A stretch of 64,000 nt of DNA from the human T2T-CHM13v2.0 reference genome, Homo sapiens (GCF_009914755.1 NC_060926.1); one strand, 5' to 3'. Counted from the first letter of the stretch, positions 43,951 to 58,585 are shown. Translations and numbers: made by a program. Notes: generated by a model not told the origin, from the letters alone.

Positions 43951-44321
43951 CCCTCCTTCTGAGTTTTTGAGTCAGTTTCCTTAGAACAGCCACAATAATT
44001 TCTTAACTTTCCAGAATTCATCCTTCTGACAATCTCTCTATCCAGAAAGTTGGCAAGAACAAGGAAATTCAGCAGGACACATAAAAGTCCTATTTGCTCC
44101 CTCAGAGATACTCCCTTAGAAACTATTTACCTCTACTTTACACTCAATGTGGAGACCTGTTATTCTCATTTTTATGAATATTTTAATATTCATACTTATA
44201 TTCATAGTTCTTATGAATATAGCAGTTTAAAAGAGGGAAATGGAATTGCTAGTGGTAGGTACACTGACAACAGAAAATAATGTTTTCAGAAAAATTATAG
44301 ATATAAAAAAACTAACATTGC

Positions 44322-44548
44322 AAACCAGCCTGGGCAACAGAGCAAGAGACCCTGTCTCTACAAAAAAAATTTGTTTTAATTAGCTGGGCAAGATGGTGCA
44401 TGCCTGTAGTCCTTGTTACTTGTGGGGTGGAGGCAGGAGGATTGCTTGAGCCCAGAACTCGGAGGCTGCAGGGAGCTGTGATTGTGCCACTGCACTCTAG
44501 CCTGGAGACCTTGTCTTTAAAAAACAAACAAAACAAACAAACAAAAAA
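44322..44548 (+). mobile_element. AluJo, 5'-truncated
   Basis: accagcctgggcaacagagcaagaccctgtc...ggaggattgcttgagccc; (CAAA)n tail. Confidence 0.85.
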
Positions 44549-45379
44549 CCATTACAAGGACTTACATGTATGTAAGTCTGGATCATTTAATAGAATAAAC
44601 ATCTTACATGTCTCAACAACCTCTGAGGTGATTTTTCTATGTAATAAACTATCATTTTTTATAACTTGGTGAAGACAATTTTAAATTGTGTCTATTGTTT
44701 AAGAGCTCAGGGAAGAGTATGATATGTTTAATTTAGATTTCCATTTGAAATGGTTAAAATTAAAAGTCTGGAGCTTAAAGGAAAAGCGCTCAGTTATCTG
44801 AGAAATTTTACTGCCCGGAAAGACTCATTATCCAAAAATTCCGGATAACCAGGATTTTTCTTCTCTCTTCTTTTCTTCCTAGAGCATTTAATCAAGGCCA
44901 CCCATAGTCTAGAGATTTTAGAAATTCCCAGTTGAGTAATTTACTCACTAGCAAAGTGAACCGGGAGGAGAATGAGTCTGGGAGCATGGGGTGCTAGGTG
45001 CGGCTCCATTTGCAGCCCCTCTTCTGAGATAGGATAAACAGTGAGGGGGCAGCAGGGGTGGGGGCTTCACACTGGCATTTCTCTACCCTCTTTCAAACTT
45101 CCTTCCCTTAGCTAAGCTCAAAAATGGTTGATTAGGCTGTAAAATAAATAATGCTTATTAAGCCTAATTACATGTAGCAAAAAAAAAAAAAAACAATTAT
45201 GCAAGTCATTAAAAGAGTCAGATCAACTTTGCTGTAAGTATTTCTTTAGAAATGGCTCTGCAGTTTAAGTTTTCTCAGCTTTCAGAACTCATTGTTTGCT
45301 AGCAAGCTAGGCTGCTTTAACCACCTCCCATTAGGGAGGAGAGGAAGGGAGAGAAGGGAAGAGAAAAAGAGATACATAA

Positions 45380-45396
45380 CACTTACACACATACTT

Positions 45397-45432
<36 letters not shown>

Positions 45433-45468
45433 ACACACACACAGAGACAGACAGAGAGACAGAGAGAA
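45380..45468. repeat. Compound (CA)n(GA)n microsatellite
   Basis: Seen directly. Confidence 0.9.
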
Positions 45469-46404
45469 TTGTCCATGAGAACATTTTAAAAATCAGGATA
45501 GATCTACACAAAGTAGGGCTATGGCAGCATGGTTGCAATCACTCTACTTAGGAGAAAATGTATGTGCTACATTCACCAATTTCCCCTTGTTCTATAACTA
45601 GAGCTAAGATTTAAGTTAAGCTGAGATTTAATGTGCAATTCACTTTTTGTTTTCTTTCTCTCTCCTCTTTTAAAAAAGCTGGTAACCAACATTAAAGACA
45701 TTGTGGTTGGTATCTTTATAACTAAAATATAGCTTCATTTCTGCTCATGGAAATATGTAGTCAATTAGCCATAATGTGGTCCAGACTCCCTTTGATATTC
45801 TAAAATAAAAACATTCCAAGTTATTTACTTGAGAACAGTTGTTTCTAAGCACGGCCAGTAGCTGCTGTTTTTAATAATACTGCTTTTAATGGGTGTGGGG
45901 CATTCTGACTGAAAGGAGGTAGGGAATGTGTAGCTCAAAGTTCTGAACTATAATCACTGGATTTTTGGAATAATAACCATGAGGGGTTATATTTAGATTC
46001 AACTATTATTGAAGTTCATTCACAGACATTTAACAATTCTTGTACTCCTTTCTCTTTTCAGGCAAGTTGAACGGGGAGTGAGGAGTAACCAGGGAAAAGA
46101 AGCAGATGAGGACACCATTTACAAGGATGCCTTGCCCTGGGAATCCTCCCCACAGGAGTAAGAAGGGAGCTACACTTTACATAGCATGTCTGAAGAGTAG
46201 TTCCCAAATACTTGTTCTTGGACATGGCAGAGCTGGATGCCCAAGAATCTCCTGGGAAACATTAATTACAAAAACCAAGCAAAACAGAACCCCTGGCTCC
46301 ACGTTGATTTGGAGGGGGTAAGATGGGATGCACCAAGGGTGGGGGTGGTAACCACCGATATGGAAAGCATTGTTTTGCATTGGTAGTTAGATCATTTGGG
46401 CTTT

Positions 46405-46555
46405 CTGGCAATTCCCTGCTGTGTGACCTCAAGCAAATCAATCAATTCCTCTGAGCTTCATGTTGATTATTTAGAAAGTGATGATGCTATCAATAAGTCC
46501 CACATTAAAGAGTTATCCTGAGAATCAAATGAGATTAGGTATGCAAAAGCACTTA
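46405..46555 (+). mobile_element. MIR
   Basis: gctgtgtgacctcaagcaaatc...gagaatcaaatgagattaggtatgcaaaagcactt. Confidence 0.7.
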
Positions 46556-46719
46556 TCAATCTGTCAGTTGCTCTCCAATTTTGGCTAAGCTTAGATATTT
46601 AAATCCTAGTAATATTTGTGCTAAGTGGTGTGGGAGATTAAAAAAAGAATCGGAATCTAGTTTGGGAGAAGTTTTCAACCTAGCTGGAGAGAAAAGGTAT
46701 AAATGAAATGGTATGCATA

Positions 46720-47190
46720 CTAAGCCACTAAAAAGCATTTTCAGTGTGCACCATGGGCTCTGCACTAGGGTAGATTATGTGGGTGATTGAGAAGTATAGT
46801 ATACAACATGGATACTCTTCTGAAAGGGCTCCCAGTTTTGGTGGAGAAAAGAGACTCCTCTATAACAGCAAATAACAAAAAGATAATATATATAATCAAA
46901 GTAACTGCTAAATGTTATGGTACAGTCTCTAAAAGGTTACTAAGGGAAGTTCTGAAGAAAGAACAATAGGAATTGCTGTAGTCCAGGAAAGGAGAGAACT
47001 TTAGCTGGGTCTAGAAGTTAAAACAGCAGAAGGAACAGAAAGAGGCTCATTTGTCAGGGGAACAGCAAAAGCCAAGCATAGAGGCAGGAATGATCAGGGT
47101 GTATGCAGTACCACAAAGGAGATCAAACTGGCTAGAATGGTGGGACAGATTACAGAGGGCCTTAAAAGCTCAGCTGAGAAGTTTGTACTT
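46720..47190 (-). mobile_element. L2 fragment
   Basis: cagattacagagggccttaaaagctcagctgagaagtttgtactt. Confidence 0.55.
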
Positions 47191-47274
47191 GATACATCAA
47201 TGCATATTTTGTATGTTTGTTGCTAGAATTCCAGACAGTAGACTGTTTATACACTTACCCTTGAAACTCTAGAA

Positions 47275-47569
47275 TTGTGTTGTCCAATATGACAGCAACT
47301 AGTCACTGTGGCTATGAAGCACTTGAAATGTGGCTAGTCTGAACTGAGATGTGCTGTAAGTATAAAACACATACTAGATTTCAAAGATTTAGTGCAAAAA
47401 AAATAAAATATTTACATTATTTGTTGAAATGATACTATTTTGATATATTGAGCTAAATTTTAGATATTATTAAAATTAATTTATCTGTTTCTTTTCCTTT
47501 TTAAAATAAGGCTACTAAAAACTTAAAGTTACATAAGGGGCTTGCATTACATTTCTTTCAACAGTACTG
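47275..47569. mobile_element. MER33 (hAT-Charlie MITE)
   Basis: gcacttgaaatgtggctagtctgaactgagatgtgctgtaagt; 8-bp TSD ctctagaa / ttctagaa. Confidence 0.85.
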
Positions 47570-50249
47570 TTCTAGAATGTCAAGATGGGTATTAAAGAAT
47601 TTTATTTGCACAAGGAGCCTGGGAGAAAGAAACAGATAGACATTTAGGTAGATAGCTATGAAGATGCCTAGGAGGCCAGAATTAACAGTATTGTATATTG
47701 TATCCCCCTCACCACACACAGACACACACCTGGGATATACATTGAAGTCAAGGCAGTGGAACCTGGTCCTGGGCCAATGAGTAAAGAATGATATAAAGCA
47801 TTATTTTTGTGTGCAATACTGAGGGATATCCTTCCACGAGAAGAGCCACTAAGAAACTGAGAGAGCAAGTAATGTACAAGAACTGTAATAGGATTCATGT
47901 TTAAGCATCAGAGCAATAAAAGTCATAAATCTGAATGAGAGAAAGAGACCTGTCCCACTTCAGAAGAATATCACTAGTGGCTTCATGGGCCGCATGCTTT
48001 ACCACTGGGTAGGGCCAGAGGAGCAGAATAGCCATGGCCAGAAGAAAAAGGGGGTAGAAATGGCTCCAGCTACTAGGCAGCTGAGTGGAGACCAGCAGTT
48101 CTGACAAAAGAAGAGCAACCTTCTCCAAGGAGAACAACGTGCCCACAAGAGACTTAGCCAGGAGGTTTCCTGGCTAAGAGGAAAAAGTGTTTGGGCTTAG
48201 AGTCAAAAGTGATTTCTATTGTTACCCACACATTTTGAGAGAAGTATATATTTCCTTATATCAGAGGGAAAGTTTTGTTTTCTGTAATATGACTAGGCTC
48301 TAAAGAGAATATATTACATTAATGTAGAGGTTTTTTTCCCCCTGAGCACTGTGATGAACATGTTTAAGTAAATTTGGGTAGAATCTACACCCTACTCCCT
48401 TCCCAGCTTCCTTTCAACCACCCCACATCCTCATCCAGGCTCTGGATGTTAGTTGGCACTAAGGTTTCAGAGAGAGAGAAAAATTATTATGTTTAATCAA
48501 GTGAGAAAAATTTGGAGGGGACCGTGTGTAGAGAGGAAGGACAGCAGAGGGAAGGAAGGGCTGGGAAGACGGGAGAAGGCTTCTTATTCTGTGATGTGAT
48601 CCTTTTCTTGTAACTTCACCAAAGCTAAAGTTAATTCTACTAAACTCACCCAAATTTGGCATGAGTGGATTGCTTGGTAAAACCAGCGAAGAGACTGAGT
48701 GTTGCCTCTGGGGTAATCTGGGGAGAAATATACAGCATATCCAAAGACCAAGCCTGACCTCAAAATATAAATCACTTGTGTTCCATCTCATATTAGGGAG
48801 ACAGAGAAATATTTTTAAAAGAAGGAATTAAAAATATAGAATTGGAGTTTAGAGATATAAAAATTGTAGTCAGAAATAGCATGTGGGGGAACTGGCCCTA
48901 TTGACCCTGCCCCGTGTTCTGGTCAACAGGGTTTAAAGGGAGTCTCTGACTCTACAGGCTGTGCTGTTTTAAAGAACTGCTTGTCTCTCCAGGAAGGAGT
49001 GCTGAGCTTTTCCAAAGCTCTTTATCTCATCCTCTTAGAAAATTGTCTTTCAGTTTTAGTAGAGCCTTAGTTGCCTCCAAGGCCAAAATGTTGAAAGACT
49101 GAGAAGTAAAAGATGCTGGGTCTCCAGACTTAAGCATTAGAGCTGCTTCAGATCCAAAAGTTGGGGGAAGAGGAGGAGGCTGGAATGGTCATGGGAGGGA
49201 GCCAGGGAAACAGGGAGGGGTGGGATCATGACACTTGCTTTCCTGTTCTCCTACTCATCTGTTAGTATTAGAATGAGTAGGCTTCTGGAATTCAGCTGAG
49301 CATTGAGGTTTTTTTTCCTGTTTCTTTTTGGGCTCCATGTGTTAAATGAGGCTTCCCACATAGAGCTCCTCAGACTTTGAGCCTGCTCCCCAGCTGGCAG
49401 TGTGTGTTTCTGCCTGGCATTGGGGAAGGAGTGAGCAGGAAGAGGCACCTCAGTAAAGGGGAGAGATTCTCAAGAGAGGATCTGATGTGTCTTCAATGAA
49501 GCTTTCTCTGTCTGAGTTGACCAGCAAAGCTGTATTTACTCCAGCAAGAATCACCTTAGCAACCAGCATAGCCAACGGAATCTATGGATATGTATATAAA
49601 TATGAATTCTGTATGTACATGTGTGCATATACAGATAATGCTGTGTGTACCTTTTTTCATGTGCTTGGCCATATTCATTTTCACACTAAAGAAGAACCCA
49701 TCAGTCCGACATAATGAGATTTTCTCAGGCGATTTGCTTATATTGTAACCATGCTGTCAATCCTTTGATGGTACTTTGGGTAACATTGAAAATATGCTGA
49801 ATACTGTATTTCACAATATGGTACTGTAGTCAATGTAGGGGAGTGGAGGGAGGGAGGTCTCTGCTGGCCAGCTATATTTTCCATTTTCACAGAGCATCAG
49901 ATCTTCTGGGCTCATCATGGACCTGGGGCCTGGTCCTCAGCTCATTAGGTCAGCCAGATACAGTTCTCTTATGAGTGATCAAGTTCTAGGATTCCCAACC
50001 ATCAGACTTATTAGCTATTTTTAAATAACAATTGCTAAGAGTACAACATAAATTCTTTCCAGAAGGAAGAAAAGCGAGAAGTAACATAATTCCAGGAAAT
50101 TACTTGATAAGCACAGAAAGTCAGGATAAAAGGAGGTGAGTTATCCTAAGAAATACTGGTGCTTGGCTGTAACAACCATCTTTTTGCTAAAAGATGCCAG
50201 CCAAATGACCAGAAACATCTATATTGGGGTATGTTTTTGTCCCTGGTTA

Positions 50250-52150
<1,901 letters not shown>

Positions 52151-52493
52151 ATATGGGTTATGTTATATGACTTATATTTTAACTTCTTAGCTATCTGAAA
52201 GAAACCATAGATCTTTGATAATATTTAGGAAGCATTCAAGTTTTATCAGTAACACATGTATAAGAATCTCTCAAGATAGTTTACTTAATCAAAAGTGACT
52301 AATCACATTCCTTCAAATTAATTTTATTATCTAAAATTTCATAAGGTGAACTTACCTCAGATTGTAGCAACACATGTACCTGTACACATACACAAAGATA
52401 GAAACATCTATATATGCATCATGTAAGTCCAAAGACATATAAATGGATATAAAAGATACACATATGTATTGATTCATGACTCATTTATTACTT

Positions 52494-52879
52494 TTTTTTT
52501 TAACTTTTATTTTAACCTCAGGGGTACATGTGCAGGTACATAGGTAAACTTGTGTCATGGGGTTTTGTTGTACAGATTATTTCATCACCCAGGTCTTAAC
52601 CCTTATACCCATTAGTTATTTTTCCTGATCCTCTACCTCTTCCACCCTTCACCCTCTGATAGGCCCTAGAGTGTGTTGTTCCCCTCTGTGTGCCCATGTG
52701 TTCTCATCATTTAACTCCCACTTCTCAGTGAGAACATGCAGTATTTAGTTTTCTGTTCCTACATTAGTTTACTAAGGATAATGGCCTCCAGCTCCATCCA
52801 TGTCCCTGCAAAGGACATTACCCCATTCTTTTTTATGGCTGCATGGTATTCCATGGTATATATGTACCACATTTTCTTT
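52494..52879 (-). mobile_element. L1PA13-like 3'UTR end (transduced segment)
   Basis: ataggtaaacttgtgtcatgggg...ttgtacagattatttcatcacccagg...aaggataatggcctccagctccatcc. Confidence 0.85.
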
Positions 52880-52974
52880 TTCTTTTTTTTTTCTCTTTCT
52901 TTTTATTATACTTTAAGTTTTAGGGTACATGTGCATAACGTGCAGGTTAGTTACATATGTATACATGTGCCATG
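52880..52974 (-). mobile_element. Young L1 (L1PA3/PA4-like) terminal about 70 bp plus A-rich tail
   Basis: ttattatactttaagttttagggtacatgtgcataacgtgcaggttagttacatatgtatacatgtgccatg. Confidence 0.85.
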
Positions 52975-52994
52975 TGACTCATTTATTACTTAAA

Positions 52995-53560
52995 GTAAGC
53001 AATTTACCTTTTACTAGGTACTATGCTAGGGTCTGGAGATAATAACCTAAATTAGTCATGATTAGTACCTGGCTTAAGGAAGCTCATGGTCTAGTGGGAG
53101 CCAAATGCAAAATAAATAAACAATATGGAACTGAATGATGTGTGCCACATTAGCCATATACATAAGACACCAAAGCTGCACAGAGAAGGGTAGAATTAAT
53201 TCTCTCTAGAGGAGTCAGAGAGGACAAGTAATGGTAGAAGATCCTGCCATCACAGGAATAGACGTCTTTTCCATCACAGCAAAAAAAGTCACGTAGTGAT
53301 GTGCAAAAAGATGGATTGAAGGCAAGCTACTCTCCAGGAAGTTTGTATAATGGTTCAAGTGAGAGATCTAAAGTAGTATTGGTGAGTATGTATCCTGGAT
53401 AAATTTAGAATATAACAGTCAGACTTGCTGAACAATTGGATGTGGAAGGATGAGAGAGAAGAGGAATTTAGAGTGAATACTGATTTCTGGCAGGTGAGAA
53501 AATGAGTAATTATGTTACTAGCTAAGATGGAAATATATAAAGACACAAGAACAAAAGGAA
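52995..53560 (-). mobile_element. L2 fragment
   Basis: taggtactatgctagggtctggagat...cagacttgctgaacaattggatgtgg. Confidence 0.65.
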
Positions 53561-54000
53561 GAGACATTAGCACTCAAGAGATGCAAACAAAATTTTGCAA
53601 GCTGGAAAGCAAATGGAGGCGAGAAAACTGATTGCAGAGTGTAGGAGGTTATAAATCACTGAGTGGAACACTGATGAGTGGATAATCACTTGCAAATCCA
53701 CAAGAACCATGGCGGTGCGAGACATGACAATGAAAAATAGAGGGACAATTATAAGAGTTGTTGGATCCTCATTCTACTCCCTTTTTCCACTTTCAAAACT
53801 CTGAACAAATGGCATAATGCCATCTCAATGGGTGATTAGAGGATTCTTTCCCAAAGAAACTGGCTGTAGGGACAAGTGCTCAACCTATTGATATTTGGAA
53901 ATTCCTCAGTGAAATAGCTGGGTCCCCACCTGATCCATGTACAGCAAAGCCTACGAGTCATAAGTTTGCTGCACACAAAACACCTTCTAGTTTCACTATC

Positions 54001-54303
54001 TTTTTTTTTTGAGACAGAGTCTTGCTTTGTTGCCCAGGCTGGAGGGCAGTGGTGCAATCTTGGCTCACTGCAACCTCTGCCTCCTGGGTTCAAGTGATTC
54101 CCTTCCTAAGCCTCTCGAGTAGCTGGGACTATAGGCACGTGCCACCATGCTCAGCTAATTTTTTTTTTTTTTTTTTTGTATTTTTAATAGAGACAAGATT
54201 TCACCATGTTGGCCAGGATGGTCTCTATCTCTTGACCTCATGATCCACCCACCTCAGCCTCCCAAAGTGCTAGGATTACAGGCATGAGCCACTGTGCCTG
54301 GCC
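54001..54303 (-). mobile_element. AluSc-like
   Basis: ggccaggatggtctctatctcttgacctcatg. Confidence 0.9.
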
Positions 54304-56205
54304 TTTTTGTTCTTAAATATGAACAAATAGCAAAGGGTGATCAGATATTTGAAAACAAGTCTCTAAAATGAAAAAAGTGAAAAGCAAAATAAAAGATCTT
54401 GAAATTAACTAAAAATACTTAAAAAACAGAAGATGCAATAACTTTTAACTATTAAAATTAATACAAATTCTAGCAAGACAATTGGATATAAAAGCAATAT
54501 ACAAAATGAACTATTATCTGCTTCTAGAAGGTAACATAGATGTAGTTTTCCCTATTCTCATGACCATAACTAAAAATCCTGGACATTGTATATGCATAAC
54601 AATCATAAGAAGGCTCTGAAGAGTGAAGGCAAGAAGACAGACTGGTTAGGAACTTCAGGACCGAGAGAGAAAACCATAGTTAGCAAGTTCCCCAGATTTG
54701 GTTTGTTTGTTTTGTTTTGGTTTTTGTTTTGTTTTGCCTCATAAGTCCCAGACTGGGTGCTAGAGAGCCTGGCATCCCAGAAATGTAAATGGGCACAGAC
54801 AAAAAAAAAAAAATTGCTAAAAAAAAGCCTGCTCTCTCTAGCCAAAGGACCAGGAAATTATAAACTTAACAGGAGAGAAAATTTAGGAAACTTATGGTTC
54901 TACTTCAGCCGTATACCATAGAAAAAACTTTGACTCCATCCCTACCCATACCAGCAAAGATAAGTGGAGCACTTAGAGTTCCACCCTCACCAGTCACCTG
55001 CTGGTGTAGTTTCAGTGAAACCCAAGCAGGGCTTTCATCCCCACCAGGTGATAATAAATAACCCCCTTCCCCCTCACACATGGCATTAGTGGAGACTATG
55101 TAGGGAGCTGTGACTTCCACTCCCACCCAGCAGTAACAAAGTAACCCTATTCTTCCTAGCCAGGAAGTTATCAGTGGAAGCCTACTGAGGAACAGGAACT
55201 CTCAACCCCAATCAACTATATTGAGGAGCCACCCCTTCTCCTTGAGTATCAACAGAGGTTGAGTGGTGAACCTAGACTTCTACCCCAACCTGGCAGAAAT
55301 TAGGTGGTACCCATTCTTCTCTTTCCACAGTGATGTCATAGAGAGTTGGCTAAATCTTATTTAAGTAAGAATCAGAGTCTCATAATGTAATACTCAAAAT
55401 TTCTAGATTTCTGCCAAAAATCACTTATCATACAAAGAACCAGGAAAATCTCAAATTGAATGAAAAAAAATTATGGCAACACTGAGATGACAGAGCTATT
55501 ATTATTTGACAAAGCTTTTAAAGCTTTACTGTCTCCACAAAGAAAGAGAAAGCCTCATCAAGAAAATAGAAGATATAAGGAAGAACCAAATAGAGATTTT
55601 AGAACTGACAAATAGAGTAATAGAATAAAACACTCAACAGATGGGTTCAATCACAGAATGGCAGGAACAGAAGAGAAGATCAGTGAACTTGAAGTAGAAC
55701 AATATAAATTACCTAATCTGGATAGCAGAGAAAAAAATAGAAAAAAATGAATAGCACCTCAGAGACCTATAGGACAAAAGACACTAATGATATTTATGTC
55801 ATTAGTGTTCCAGAAGGAGAGGAGAAAGAGGACAAAGCTGGAAAAGGACATGAAGAAGTAATGGCTGAAAACTCTCCAAATTTGGCAAGAGGCTTAGGCT
55901 ATAGATTCAGGAAGCCGAGCAAATCCTAAACAGGATAAAGTCAAAGAAATTCACAAGGAGTCACACTTTGGGGAGCTAGAGAAAGAAAAATCTTGAAAGC
56001 TATAAAAGAGAATTGACACTTTACCAAAAGGGGAAAAACAATTCCAATGACAGAGATTATGGATGCCAGAAGAAAGTGGTGCAATATTTTTCAAGTGCTG
56101 AAAGAAAGAACTGTCAACTGAGAATCCTATACCCAGTGAAAATATCATTCAGAAATAAATGGGAAACCAAAAAATATTCTCAGATGAAGGAAAACTAAAA
56201 GAAAT

Positions 56206-56698
56206 TGGTTGGTATTGTGGCTTTGCCTGTAATCCCAGTGCTCTAGGAGGCCCAGGTTAAAAGATTGCTTGAGGCCAGGAGTTCAAGACCAGCCTGGGCA
56301 ACATAGTGAGACTGTCTCTACAAAAAGAAAAATAAAAAAAGTAGCTGGGCATGGTGGCATGCACCTGTAGCCCTAGCTACTTGAGAGTCTGAGGCAGGAA
56401 GACCACTTGAGCCCAGGAGTCTGAGGCTGCAGTGAGCTGTGATCACACCATTGTACTCCACTTGAATGACAGAACGAGACCCTGTTTCTCTTTATTGTTT
56501 TAGAAAAAAATACGTACAATTTATTCATTAAGTGAGGACAAAACTTCTGTAACTCTGGCAAGTCAAGTTACATCATCAAAGTTGTTTATTTAAAAGTAGA
56601 AGTATGCATGGGCAATAGTTTTCATAAGAGTCAGAAAAATTAGGCAGGTTTTACAATATAGAGTACCCTTTCTGAGACCCTGTTTCTATTAAAAAAAA
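56206..56698 (+). mobile_element. AluJo interrupted at its 3' end by a 184-bp insert
   Basis: J-type dimer; end motif gagaccctgtttct is duplicated; A tail at about 56688-56698. Confidence 0.85.
56490..56673 (-). pseudogene. Short processed retrocopy (mRNA 3'-end-like or orphan transduction), parent unidentified
   Basis: 14-bp TSD gagaccctgtttct at 56476-56489 and 56674-56687; minus-strand AATAAA (56520-56525) 18 nt before an A-rich tail; no match to a repeat I recognise. Confidence 0.7.
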
Positions 56699-58585
56699 TT
56701 GTCGCAGTAGACCCTCAAAGACCAGTTCAAGGATATTCTCTAAGGAAATATTCTCTAAGGAAATAATAAAAGCAGGAATCTTGGACCATCGAGATGGAAG
56801 AAAAAAATATAGTAAGCAAAAATATGGGTAAATAAAATTGACTTTCCCTCTTCCTTTGAGTCTTCTAAATTATGTTCAAGGGTCAAAGCAAAAATTATAA
56901 CATTCTCTCCTGTGTTCTTCAATGTATGTAGAGGGAGTATTTAAAACAGTTATATTACAAATGGCAAAGAGTAAAGAGCTTCAAAGGAATGTTTCTATAC
57001 TCCACTCAGGGGAAATAAAAAACCTCATGGAACCAAATGAAAATAAAAATACAACAAATGAAAGAAGCTAAAACAGTACTTCAAGGGAAATTCATGGCAC
57101 AAAGCATATATTAGAAAGAAGGAAAATCTCGAATCAATAATCTAAGCTTCCATGTCAAGTATGTAGAAAAGCAAAGGAAAATAAAGTCAAAGCAAGAGGA
57201 AAGAAGCTAATAATAAAAAGTAGAAAGCAATGAAATTGAAACAAAAAAGTAGACAAAATCAATGCAGCAAAGAGGTTATTCTTTGAAATGATCAATAAAA
57301 GAGATAAACCTCTAACAAGACTGGCAAAGAAAAAAAGAAAGACACAAATTCCACTATCAAGAATGAAACGGGATATTTCTACAGACCCCACAGACTTCAA
57401 AGGATAAACACTCATAAAATTTAACAACTTAGATGAAATGAGCCAATTCCTTGAGAAAAACCAACTATTACAACTAACCCAATATGAAGGAGATATTTTG
57501 AATTGCCCTATAAGTATTAAGTAAATGTAAATTATAATTTTTAAAATCCCAGAAAAAGAAATCTCCAGGTGTAGATGGTTCCACTGGAGAATTTCACCTA
57601 ATGTTTAAGGAAAAAGGAACAAATTATTGGTACATGACAATCTGAATGAAAATCTTGAGAACTATGCTGAGTAAAAATGCCAATCCCTAAAGGTTACATA
57701 CTATATGCTTCCATTTTTAAATGACAAAATTATAGAATGAATGAATTAGTGGTTGCCAGGGATTTAGGAAGAGGTGAGGTTGGGAGTAAAATGGGTGAGG
57801 AATCCTCGTGGTAATAAAAGTGTTCTTCATCTTGAGTGTATCAGTGTTAATAACAATATTGTTATTGGTTGTGATATCATAAGCTACTTTTGCAAGATGT
57901 TACCATCAGAGTAAACTGGGTAAAGGATACGTGGAATCTCTTTGTATTACGTCTTAAGGCTATATATGATTCTACAATGATCTGAAATAAAAAGTTTAAT
58001 GAAAAGAAACAACAGTTAGATAAGAAAATTACCCCCAAAAAGCTGTATACAAGTGCATTAACAGTATCAAGTACCTAAGAATAACTCTAATAATAAAACA
58101 GGTGTAAAAGCCCTTTGAGATTATTTTTAAAACCTCATTAATAGTCATTAAGGAAGACTTAAATAAATGCAGAGATACCGTCCATCTTGATGGATTGTAA
58201 GACTCACGGATTGGATATCAATTATCTGGAAATGCATCTATAGTCCATAGATTGAATGGAACCACAATAAAAATTCTAACAATTTTTTGAAACTTCATGA
58301 GCTGATTCTAACATTTATACAAAAATACAAAAGATCAAAAATAGCCAATATACTCTTGAAAAAGAACCAGCTGGGAGGAAATGCTCTTCCAGATACCACA
58401 ATGTATTACGAAGTTATAATAAATAAGTAATGTGGTATTTATGTAGGGATAGACACATAACCATTGGAAGAAATAGAGAGTGCAGTCGCCAATCCAGACA
58501 CATATCATCATGGAATTTATTTAAAAGGGAGCTCTGCAGAGCATTGGTAAGAGAACAGCCTTTTCAACACTGGTTGTTAGGTATC

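Larger units (their letters stand above)
54500..57985 (+). mobile_element. Old L1M (MC/MD-like) 5'UTR, ORF1, ORF2 and 3'UTR pieces with internal deletions
   Basis: ORF 55747-55929 IYVISVPEGEEKE...VMAENSPNL; caactgagaatcctatacccagtgaaaatatc; aaaggttacatactatatgcttcc 3'UTR. Confidence 0.75.

Noticed and set aside
44788-44860. Short inverted motif (ttatcc...ggataa) reminiscent of an ancient Tigger-like TIR
   Set aside because: Too short and degenerate to assign without an HMM search.
46062-46157. 96-nt candidate exon as protein-coding
   Set aside because: Stop codons in all three plus-strand frames.
56743-56765. Small tandem duplications (atattctctaaggaa twice; also ccatgttac near 1812 and aatcagcccaaa near 59991)
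   Set aside because: Ordinary local slippage inside decayed repeats, with no sign of function.
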